From positions 424,706 to 488,705 of the forward strand of contig CAZJXP010000001.1 in assembly GCA_964550175.1 (NCBI GenBank): a stretch of 64,000 nucleotides of DNA. Direction: 5' to 3'. Below are positions 19,414-26,525 of this stretch, one piece after another (position 1 is the stretch's first letter; the number at the start of each line of letters is the position of its first letter). The notes below the pieces were generated by a model. That model searched no databases, was not told where the DNA came from, and saw only the letters and a program-made list of their open reading frames with translations. The DNA is from an uncultured Methanosarcinales archaeon. Lineage in GTDB: Archaea > Nanobdellota > Nanobdellia > Woesearchaeales > ARS49. A program made the position numbers and the translations under genes.

Positions 19414-19566
19414 AAATGGGGGCTCAAAGTCTCGGTAATTGAAGCGACCCTGGCAGGCTCGCGACATCCCCGGATGGGACAACCCCCTGTCGCTCGCGCC
19501 GGGCCGCAACGGATACGACTTTCTTGCGACGGAGGGTTTAAAAATCTTCTGCGGATTATCGACGAT

Positions 19567-20493
19567 ATGAAGCTCAAAGAACGGCCTGAAGACTTCGTCG
19601 TAGAAGAGAAAGGAACCTGGGCCACCGGAACCGGGCAGTATGCGCTGTTCACGCTCACCAAACGCGACATCGGCACGCTGGAAGCGGTCAAACTCCTGGC
19701 AGATGCGTGGCACATCCCTGCCAAGGACATCGGATACGCCGGCCTAAAGGACAAACGGGCCGTCACGACGCAAACGTGCTCCGCGAAAGTCCCTCGGCTC
19801 ACGGTCGAGCGCACAAACATCCGCGGGATTGAAGCGAAATTCCTTGGAAACAGCGAACGTCCGGTGTCGCTCGGCAGCCACACGCTCAACCATTTCGTAA
19901 TCACGGTGCGGGACATCGATTCGCTCCCGGAAAAGAAAACGCGGTTTCTCAATCTTTTCGGCGAACAGCGCTTTGGCAGCAAGAACGCCGAGATCGGAAA
20001 AACGATTGTGCTGGGCGACTACAAAAAAACGCTTGCGCTGCTGCGTGAGATGAACCTGCCGGAAACACAGGAGATAGAACAGCATATCGCGAACGAACCC
20101 ACTGATGTGCTAGGCGCGATAAAACGCCTGCCGCTACGATTACTCCGACTATTTGTGCACGCCTACCAAAGCAAGCTCTGGAACGGCATGGCCAGCTTCG
20201 ACGCTCCGGAACAGCTGCCCATCATCGGCTTCGGCTCGGACACGAGCGACCCGTTCGTGCGGAAACAGCTCGCGAAGGAGGGATTGACGCCGAGAAGCTT
20301 CGTGCTGAAATCTTTCCCCCAGCTAAGCGAGGAAGGAACCGTCCGAAACACGTTTGTTGACGTCAACGACTTGTCGATCGGCAAACTCGAGAAAGACGAG
20401 ATTTCGGGACGGAAGAAAGTCACGGTGAGATTCACGCTTCCGCCAGGAAGCTACGCCACAGAAATAATCCGGCAACTCTTCACAGAACCTTAA
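19567..20493 (+). CDS. truD: tRNA pseudouridine synthase TruD/Pus7 family
   Basis: Start moved to ATG 19567 (MKLKERPEDFVVEE). TruD signature GYAGLKDKRAVTTQ with the catalytic Asp. Confidence 0.8.
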   Translation: MKLKERPEDFVVEEKGTWATGTGQYALFTLTKRDIGTLEAVKLLADAWHIPAKDIGYAGLKDKRAVTTQTCSAKVPRLTVERTNIRGIEAKFLGNSERPVSLGSHTLNHFVITVRDIDSLPEKKTRFLNLFGEQRFGSKNAEIGKTIVLGDYKKTLALLREMNLPETQEIEQHIANEPTDVLGAIKRLPLRLLRLFVHAYQSKLWNGMASFDAPEQLPIIGFGSDTSDPFVRKQLAKEGLTPRSFVLKSFPQLSEEGTVRNTFVDVNDLSIGKLEKDEISGRKKVTVRFTLPPGSYATEIIRQLFTEP

Positions 20494-21076
20494 GAATATC
20501 CTTGAACACGTTGTCCGGCGCTTTCGTGCCGTCGATGACGTGCGAGATTTTTCTTGGCTTGTAGTATTCATGCAACGGCTCGGTCTCGTCATGGTACAGC
20601 TCAAGACGCTTCTTGATCGCTTTCGGCGTGTCATCCTCTCGTTGGATGAGCTTCCCGCCGCAGCCGCACTTCTTCGCGCTCGCGTCGTATATCTTGTGGC
20701 ACTTCGAGCAAATTCTTCGCTGGCCCAACCGTTCCACCGCAATCTTATCAGAAATTTCAAGGAATATGACCGCATCAGGCTGGTCAATCTCGTCCAAAAA
20801 CTCGGCTTCGGCAAGGTTGCGCGGATAGCCGTCAAGAATCCAGCCGTCCTGAACGTCCGGTTCTGCGAGGCGGGCTTTGACGATTTTGTTCGGAATCGCG
20901 TTCGGCAACAGCTTGCCCTCATCGATGATTTTGCGGATTTTGATTCCTGTCGGCTTCAAGGATTCGTCGCGAATCAATTGGCCGACATCAATGTGCACAA
21001 TCGAGAAATGCTCGGCTAATCTTTGCGCCTGCGTGCCCTTTCCCGAGCCCTGCGGCCCAAGAACGATGAGCTTCAT
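20480..21076 (-). CDS. adk: Adenylate kinase (long, bacterial type with Cys-containing LID)
   Basis: The internal ATG (MKLIVLGPQGSGKGTQ) forms an ATGA overlap with the upstream stop. LID is CSKCHKIY...CGCGGKL. Confidence 0.9.
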   Translation of the reverse strand: MKLIVLGPQGSGKGTQAQRLAEHFSIVHIDVGQLIRDESLKPTGIKIRKIIDEGKLLPNAIPNKIVKARLAEPDVQDGWILDGYPRNLAEAEFLDEIDQPDAVIFLEISDKIAVERLGQRRICSKCHKIYDASAKKCGCGGKLIQREDDTPKAIKKRLELYHDETEPLHEYYKPRKISHVIDGTKAPDNVFKDILKVL

Positions 21077-21534
21077 CCAAGATATCCGAGATCTTCGTTG
21101 CGGCTCTCGGCCTCTTTCCAGGATGACTTCATCGTGCGGATGAGCGGCAAAAGCCCAGACCGCAAACGGTCCCAGTCGGCGTGCACGAGCTTGATGAGCT
21201 CGGCGTCGGACTTCTCCTCGTTCAAAAGCGTGGCTTCGGTCAACTGGCGCCAATGCACCATGACCTCCTTGATGAGCGCGAACGCCTTCGTCTTGTCGGC
21301 ATCCCCGAAGAACCCGCTTTCCAGCATGCTCTTGACGTTGTTCGGGTCAGGCTGGCAGATAGTATCGAGAATGCTCGCGGCGAATTCTAATCGGTCCTGA
21401 ATTCGGTGACGGACTTCGCGGAGCACGTTGTCTTCATGCTCGATTCCCGCCAGGTCGAAATCCTTGTCGAGCTGGTCGAACGTCGGAAGGTTGTACTTCT
21501 TGCGCGCGGCCTCGTATGCGTCACGGAAAGTCAT
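21073..21534 (-). CDS. Hypothetical protein
   Basis: 153-aa acidic helical ORF translationally coupled to adk. No recognisable motif. Confidence 0.6.
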   Translation of the reverse strand: MTFRDAYEAARKKYNLPTFDQLDKDFDLAGIEHEDNVLREVRHRIQDRLEFAASILDTICQPDPNNVKSMLESGFFGDADKTKAFALIKEVMVHWRQLTEATLLNEEKSDAELIKLVHADWDRLRSGLLPLIRTMKSSWKEAESRNEDLGYLG

Positions 21535-21586
21535 AAGCTTACGCTCAGCCCTTGTCTATTTAAGGATTATGGGCGAAACATAAAGA

Positions 21587-21594
21587 TTTAAAAA
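21587..21594 (+). promoter_or_regulatory. TATA box upstream of the tRNA-Thr leader element
   Basis: TTTAAAAA lies 28-35 nt upstream of the repeat copy starting at 21622. Confidence 0.35.
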
Positions 21595-21621
21595 CTGATT
21601 TAGGGCGAATAGACACATATA

Positions 21622-21703
21622 ACGCCCCCATAGCATAGACGCTCTAGCCCTTAAGAAGTGCTAGAACCCCAACCGCAAGACATCGGGAAACCAAAGGTTT
21701 CCC
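21622..21703 (+). other. Leader element: a 17-nt copy of the tRNA-Thr 5' end followed by two hairpins
   Basis: ACGCCCCCATAGCATAG at 21622-21638 is identical to 21729-21745. Hairpins are CTAGC...GCTAG (21644-21664) and GGGAAACC-AAA-GGTTTCCC (21685-21703). Confidence 0.5.
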
Positions 21704-21730
21704 AAATCAACACAATCAACAATCATCCAC

Positions 21731-21803
21731 GCCCCCATAGCATAGTAGCTATTGCGGCAGTTTTGTAAACTGCAGGTCGCCGGTGCAACTCCGGCTGGGG
21801 GCT
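21731..21803 (+). tRNA. tRNA-Thr (anticodon UGU) with an atypical T loop
   Basis: Acceptor GCCCCCA/TGGGGGC plus T. Anticodon arm GCAGT-TTTGTAA-ACTGC. T arm GCCGG-TGCAACT-CCGGC, with G at position 55. Confidence 0.85.
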
Positions 21804-21835
21804 CTTTATTTCTTCAACACATTAAAAAATAAATA

Positions 21836-22240
21836 TCAGAAAAATTCTTTCCCGAACATCTTCTGCTCAAGGCTCCACTTCTTCGCGCCGTGCGCGAACG
21901 CCAGGAGAAAGATGAACCCGAACATTATTGCGGGAATGCCCATGTTGACGATCGGATTCCAGCCGCCAACAGACACGTGCCCGATGTAGTACGCGACCGC
22001 CATCATGATGACGCCGAAGAACGACGCCAGACGCACGAGCACGCCCGTCACGAGCGAAAGCCCAATCATGACCTCAAACAGTCCCGCGAACCAAATCATT
22101 GTTCCAAAAGCCGCCGCTCCGCCAGGCATCCCCCAGAGTCCAAACAGCTTCATAGTGCCGAGCGCAAAGAACAGCGCGCCTGACGCGACGCGCACAAACG
22201 CGTAGATTGAATCCTTGTGCTTTGTTTCCATCAATGCCAT
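21836..22240 (-). CDS. DoxX family membrane protein
   Basis: 134 aa, 4 TM. FALGTMKLFG...FAGLFEVMIGLSLVTG pattern typical of DoxX. Confidence 0.75.
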   Translation of the reverse strand: MALMETKHKDSIYAFVRVASGALFFALGTMKLFGLWGMPGGAAAFGTMIWFAGLFEVMIGLSLVTGVLVRLASFFGVIMMAVAYYIGHVSVGGWNPIVNMGIPAIMFGFIFLLAFAHGAKKWSLEQKMFGKEFF

Positions 22241-22251
22241 ATTGTTTCCTC

Positions 22252-22611
22252 CTACTCATCCACGATAACTTTGAATCCACCGACCGCCATGCGCTTCATG
22301 TCGAACGGCATGGGCTGACCTTGCTGCGGCATTAATTCCGGCTTCTTCATCATTTTCGCCGCGATGGCTTTGAGCTGCGCTTTTGACTTGTAAATGATAA
22401 ACGCAAACACCACCGTCTCGCCGGCTTTTGCGCGCGCCATTTTTTTGAACTTCAACGATGACCACTTGAAATTGAGCTCGTCGCCAGCGCATTCATAATA
22501 CCCAATAACGCCCTGCTTACGCATCCACGCCCCCATTTTTCGGGACATTGCGCAATATTCCGGAAGCTTGCTTTTCTTGACCGGCAACACAAAACCCTGA
22601 ACATACGTCAT
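22252..22611 (-). CDS. DUF1428 family protein
   Basis: 119 aa. MTYVQGFVLPVKKSKL...GYYECAGDEL matches my recollection of the DUF1428/YbaA-like pattern. Confidence 0.65.
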   Translation of the reverse strand: MTYVQGFVLPVKKSKLPEYCAMSRKMGAWMRKQGVIGYYECAGDELNFKWSSLKFKKMARAKAGETVVFAFIIYKSKAQLKAIAAKMMKKPELMPQQGQPMPFDMKRMAVGGFKVIVDE

Positions 22612-22630
22612 AGAGCACCTCGTTTCATTA

Positions 22631-23182
22631 CTACATATAGTTCTTCTTTCCTTCCAAGCACTTTTGCACGACGGTTTTTATTCTTTTCTCTCGTGTCGCG
22701 TCCGTTTTCGCGGAATACACCCACCAGAGGAAGAGCTTTTTCGACGATGGCGACAATTTCTTGAAATGTTTGAGCGCAAGCGGGGCTTTGCGCAGCGCAG
22801 ACATCAATGCAGGCGGCGTCTTGGTGGGATAACTATGGTCGATCGTCTTTTTCTTCAACCCTTCCTCGTACCGCTTGAGCCCGGCAGGAGTCATCTTCCC
22901 CTCAGCAATCATCTTCTTCGCGTAATTTAACGTGTTACTGCTCCAACGAGCGTTGTCCGTTCGCTTGCGGAAGCAGACCATATACGTGTCCGCGTCTAAT
23001 TTCTTGATGGTGGTGTCAATCCAGCCGAAACAGATGGCCTCATGCATCAGCTCGAGGTGCGGAATGTACGAGTGACCAACATGTTTTTTGTGCTTGACCA
23101 CCAGAACGGCCGATTCAGTAGCATGGTGTTTCTGGAGCCAATCGCGCCATTCGGCGCGCGTGTGCGGCGTGCATTTAAGCAT
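22631..23182 (-). CDS. YdeI/OmpD-associated family protein
   Basis: 183 aa. WRDWLQKHH...EAICFGWIDTTIKKLD...ARWSSNTLNYAKKMIAEGKMTPAG. Confidence 0.65.
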   Translation of the reverse strand: MLKCTPHTRAEWRDWLQKHHATESAVLVVKHKKHVGHSYIPHLELMHEAICFGWIDTTIKKLDADTYMVCFRKRTDNARWSSNTLNYAKKMIAEGKMTPAGLKRYEEGLKKKTIDHSYPTKTPPALMSALRKAPLALKHFKKLSPSSKKLFLWWVYSAKTDATREKRIKTVVQKCLEGKKNYM

Positions 23183-23269
23183 GCTTGCCGAAAAAGCTCC
23201 GGAATTTATATTCTGTTGCTTTATCGCAAATCCGTAAGCCTAATAAACCCTTTTCTGTTAACGGCCGTC

Positions 23270-23413
23270 ATGCCAACAGACCATAATAGAATGAACAAAG
23301 TGCGACACGCGCTCAAGGAACAGATTGCAATCCTTGAATTCAAGTGCAAAGACGGCAACGCGAGCAAGGACGAGATGAAAGAGCTTGCGAAATTGAAAAG
23401 AAAGCTCGGCTAA
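23270..23413 (+). CDS. Possible small protein (47 aa)
   Basis: An internal ATG gives MPTDHNRMNKVRHALKEQIAILEFKCKDGNASKDEMKELAKLKRKLG. There is no support beyond the ORF and its helical, charged composition. Confidence 0.3.
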   Translation: MPTDHNRMNKVRHALKEQIAILEFKCKDGNASKDEMKELAKLKRKLG

Positions 23414-23923
23414 TCACGTCGTGTATCTGTGCAAATTAAGGAATCCCGCGATGGTTTTCTTGAATTGCGCGATGTCGGACTTGATTGTCCCCTCGAATCC
23501 GCCCGTCAATGACTTGTAGATGTATCTGTCGTAAATAGCCCGGAAGAAGAGAAAGACCGGCTTCGATTCCCAACGGTCTTGGTAGTCCGTCTGCAGTATT
23601 CCTGACATCGTGATTAATACTGTTCCTTGATTGAGCTTCTGTTTTTTACCTTCAGGGGTTTCGAGCGTGACGTCTTTCAGGTTGCTCATCTGGATCCTGA
23701 ATTTGAGCAGGCTTTTCGCGTAATCCGTCAACTCCTTGCTCGGCGTGAGCTCAAGCTCGACAAACTTCCCCTCGGGCCGGGCGCTTTCGACGTGCTTTGG
23801 CTCGATGCGGAAATAGCCCTTGTCCAGCAGCCATTCGTCAATCAAACGATACAGTTCGGAAACAGAAAAGACCCCTTCGTACTGGATGCGCTCATTGTTC
23901 ACGATAAGATTGTCTTCTGGCAT
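23414..23923 (-). CDS. Hypothetical protein, third gene of a three-paralogue operon
   Basis: 169 aa. Shares GVFS..EL..LI.EWL.DKGY and ...ELELT..K...YAK....I.......V....GKKQKL.QG.V.I..SG.L..DY blocks with the two upstream ORFs. TGATG start/stop overlap. Confidence 0.75.
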   Translation of the reverse strand: MPEDNLIVNNERIQYEGVFSVSELYRLIDEWLLDKGYFRIEPKHVESARPEGKFVELELTPSKELTDYAKSLLKFRIQMSNLKDVTLETPEGKKQKLNQGTVLITMSGILQTDYQDRWESKPVFLFFRAIYDRYIYKSLTGGFEGTIKSDIAQFKKTIAGFLNLHRYTT

Positions 23924-24423
23924 CAGCGCGCCTCAAACTGCAACAAATTACGTATAGCCCGGTGGAGTTTAAAAATGGTTAGTCCGACTTCGTACTTGTA
24001 GACCTTATTTATCTTATTATTGAGAATGTACTTGTGGTAGACCTTTCGGACGGACTGCAAAAAAGAAGTTTTTTCGAAACGCTTCGCGTAGTCCAGCTCG
24101 ACTTCACCTGAAATCCCGATTTTAACTCTGCCTTGCTGCATTTTCTGCTTCTGACCGTCACGGACGACCTCAACATCGTTCATTTCAAGGATAACGATCT
24201 TGATTTCGATAATGAATTTCGCGTACGCATCGACTTTCTTGTCCGCTTTTAGTTCTAATACGAGCTCTGCGCCGTCGCCGCCGACCTTGTTTTCGTAGCC
24301 CGGCTCAAAGACAAAGTATTCCTCATCACCCAAAAAACTTCGTATCAAAATTTGCAGCTGACGCAGGCTGAACACGCCCACATGATGGGTTGATGTTTCC
24401 GGGATAGACTCTTTGATTGGCAT
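23923..24423 (-). CDS. Hypothetical protein, second gene of a three-paralogue operon
   Basis: 166 aa, alignable by eye to the neighbours over its full length. TAATG overlap with the upstream gene. Confidence 0.75.
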   Translation of the reverse strand: MPIKESIPETSTHHVGVFSLRQLQILIRSFLGDEEYFVFEPGYENKVGGDGAELVLELKADKKVDAYAKFIIEIKIVILEMNDVEVVRDGQKQKMQQGRVKIGISGEVELDYAKRFEKTSFLQSVRKVYHKYILNNKINKVYKYEVGLTIFKLHRAIRNLLQFEAR

Positions 24424-25019
24424 TAGGTCATGTCTCGCTTCGGGAAGAACTCATTCGTCTCCTTCTCAGGCAGGAACGTGTCCAACTTGAGGTAGACCTT
24501 GATTGCTTCCTGGAATCGTGAAACGTCCGTAAACAACGCGATCTCGTGGTTCTTGCGCACGTTCTTGAGGAATATCTTGAAGATGAAATCCTTGAAGTGC
24601 GAGCCAATCCAGTGCTTGCTCACGGCCCCTTCCGGATCTTCGGTGAGGTAGCCTGTCAGCGTAACTTCAACCTCTCCCTTATCGGCCTTGAACTTCTTGC
24701 CGTTCATAACGACTTCCACTTCTTTTTGTCCGAGGACATGAAAATCGACATCAATATCATATTGATAGAGTTTCGCGAAGCTTCGCGTGTCTGTTTTTGT
24801 CAGGCGCCATCGCAACGTGATTTCACTACCAAATGAACGCTCGATGTGTTCGTACAGAATCTCCTTGAAATCCTCGCTCGCGCCGCAGTATTTGTTGTCC
24901 AACGCCCACTCGTGCATCAGCTTGTAGAGGTTGCCCCACGAGTAGACATCCTTGTACAGCACCACCATTCGGGCAATCGTATCCCCTGTTCTCCGAAGAG
25001 TTAGCTTGGGCTCGGGCAT
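24423..25019 (-). CDS. Hypothetical protein, first gene of a three-paralogue operon
   Basis: 198 aa, the more divergent paralogue (DVYSWGNLYKLMHEWALDNKY ... GKKFKADKGEVEVTLTGYLTED). An ATTTATAAG box lies about 25 nt upstream. Confidence 0.75.
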   Translation of the reverse strand: MPEPKLTLRRTGDTIARMVVLYKDVYSWGNLYKLMHEWALDNKYCGASEDFKEILYEHIERSFGSEITLRWRLTKTDTRSFAKLYQYDIDVDFHVLGQKEVEVVMNGKKFKADKGEVEVTLTGYLTEDPEGAVSKHWIGSHFKDFIFKIFLKNVRKNHEIALFTDVSRFQEAIKVYLKLDTFLPEKETNEFFPKRDMT

Positions 25020-25068
25020 GAGGAATCCTCCGGTTATTTCATTTATAAGACTTTCTCAGCCCTCAAGC

Positions 25069-25076
25069 TTTATATA
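25069..25076 (+). promoter_or_regulatory. TATA box for the GTPase gene, followed by a short palindrome
   Basis: TTTATATA lies 22-29 nt before ATG 25098. GTCACT-CAGG-AGTGAC (25079-25094) sits between the box and the start. Confidence 0.3.
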
Positions 25077-25097
25077 GGGTCACTCAGGAGTGACTGT

Positions 25098-26291
25098 ATG
25101 CTCATCGGCGTTGTGGGAAAGGCTAATGTCGGCAAATCGACCTTCTTCAAATCGATCACTCTGGCTGATGTGCTGATCGCGAACTATCCGTTCGCGACCA
25201 TCGACCCGAACAAGGCGTTCGCGTTCGTCAGAATCGATTGCGTTGACAAGGAATTCAAAGTGCAGTGCAACCCGCGGTTCGGAAGCTGCATCAACCATCA
25301 GCGCTTCGTGCCCGTTGAAGTGATGGACGTTGCGGGATTAGTTCCGGGCGCGCACCTCGGCAAAGGGATGGGGCTTACCTTCCTAGATGACTTGCGACAG
25401 GCGGACGCATTTGTCCACGTTGTTGACATGGCAGGCTCAACAAACGAGAAAGGGGAGCCGGTCGAACTCGGCAGCTACGACCCGGCGAACGACATCCGAT
25501 TCCTTGAAGTCGAACTTAACATGTGGGTGCTCAGCATCATCAAGCGCGGCTGGGAAAAGATTGCGCGAGCCCTACAGCAAGAAAAAGGAACCGCGGTAAA
25601 GGCGTTGGCAAAGCAGCTTTCTGGATTGAACGTCTCCGAAGCGCTCGTCGAAGAGCTGATGAAAAAGCTCAACCTCCCGCTCGACCGGCCGGCAGAATGG
25701 ACCGACGAACAGCTCATCGAGCTTTCGGTGCTCGTGCGCAAGCGCAGCAAGCCCATGATCATCGCGGCCAACAAGATGGACCTCCCGACCGCGAAAGCGA
25801 ACCTGGAACGTATCAAGAAAGAATTCCCCGATCAGTTGATTCTCCCTGTCAGCGCGGAAGCTGAATTGACCTTACGCAGCGCGGCAAAAGGCGGACTGAT
25901 TGACTACATCCCAGGCGACGCCGACTTCACCATCAAAGGAAACCTCAACCCGAAGCAAAAAGAGGCGCTCGAATACATACGCACGAACGTCCTGAAGCAA
26001 TGGGACGGAACGGGCACGCAGAAGATACTGAACGCAGCCGTATTCGACCTTCTGAAATTCATGGCAATCTTCCCGGGCGGAATGAGCAAGCTCGCGGACA
26101 AGGACGGCAACGTGCTGCCGGACTGCTTCTTGCTTCCTCCGGGCTCAACCGCGTTCGGATTCGCCGCGAAAATCCACACGGACTTGGCGGACCACTTCAT
26201 CGCGGCAATGGACGTCAAAACGCGACGGAAGATCGGACGAGAAACGCTCTTGAAGCACCGCGATGTTATCGAGATACTGACTAGTAATTAA
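25098..26291 (+). CDS. Obg-family P-loop GTPase/ATPase (YchF/DRG-like) with C-terminal TGS domain
   Basis: G1 GKANVGKST, G3 DVAGLV, G4 NKMD, and a C-terminal TGS-like segment. Confidence 0.85.
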   Translation: MLIGVVGKANVGKSTFFKSITLADVLIANYPFATIDPNKAFAFVRIDCVDKEFKVQCNPRFGSCINHQRFVPVEVMDVAGLVPGAHLGKGMGLTFLDDLRQADAFVHVVDMAGSTNEKGEPVELGSYDPANDIRFLEVELNMWVLSIIKRGWEKIARALQQEKGTAVKALAKQLSGLNVSEALVEELMKKLNLPLDRPAEWTDEQLIELSVLVRKRSKPMIIAANKMDLPTAKANLERIKKEFPDQLILPVSAEAELTLRSAAKGGLIDYIPGDADFTIKGNLNPKQKEALEYIRTNVLKQWDGTGTQKILNAAVFDLLKFMAIFPGGMSKLADKDGNVLPDCFLLPPGSTAFGFAAKIHTDLADHFIAAMDVKTRRKIGRETLLKHRDVIEILTSN

Positions 26292-26514
26292 TTCTCGTTT
26301 TCTTGTAAGGAGTACGCCACGCTTTGATAATTTCGTGCCAAAGCACAATACTGCAAAGACCGCCAATGAGCGCGCCTTTCCAACTGAGCAACCAAACTCC
26401 CATAATGAATCCGATAGTTGAGAGAATGGCAAATAAGATCATGCAAATGAACGCAGCCCATTCATGCCGTCGCATAAATTCAGAAGAGAATTTGGACATA
26501 GTAATATAATTCAT
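26281..26514 (-). CDS. Small membrane protein (2 TM)
   Basis: 77-aa ORF 11 nt downstream of the GGDEF gene on the same strand. Two hydrophobic helices. Confidence 0.45.
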   Translation of the reverse strand: MNYITMSKFSSEFMRRHEWAAFICMILFAILSTIGFIMGVWLLSWKGALIGGLCSIVLWHEIIKAWRTPYKKTRINY

Positions 26515-26525
26515 TAATTAATTTA

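Noticed and set aside
20480-21253. Long N-terminal extensions suggested by the ORF track (adk 257 aa; also 50916-51707, 19474-20493, 5334-6149, 31396-32097, 38471-38995, 35435-36397, 63035-63760)
   Set aside because: In each case the extension overlaps an upstream gene or a tRNA and is Arg/Gly/Pro-rich. An internal ATG gives the canonical N-terminus (for example the P-loop at residue 7 of Adk), often forming an ATGA or 1-nt overlap with the upstream stop.
21644-21664. Hairpin CTAGC-CCTTAAGAAGT-GCTAG as the anticodon arm of a UAA-suppressor tRNA (TTA in the loop) that might read the TAA in gatE
   Set aside because: The loop is 11 nt rather than 7. There is no matching 3' acceptor strand (no TGGGGGC before the real tRNA-Thr), no D arm and no T arm. 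The TTA is part of a CTTAAG palindrome. This is not a tRNA.
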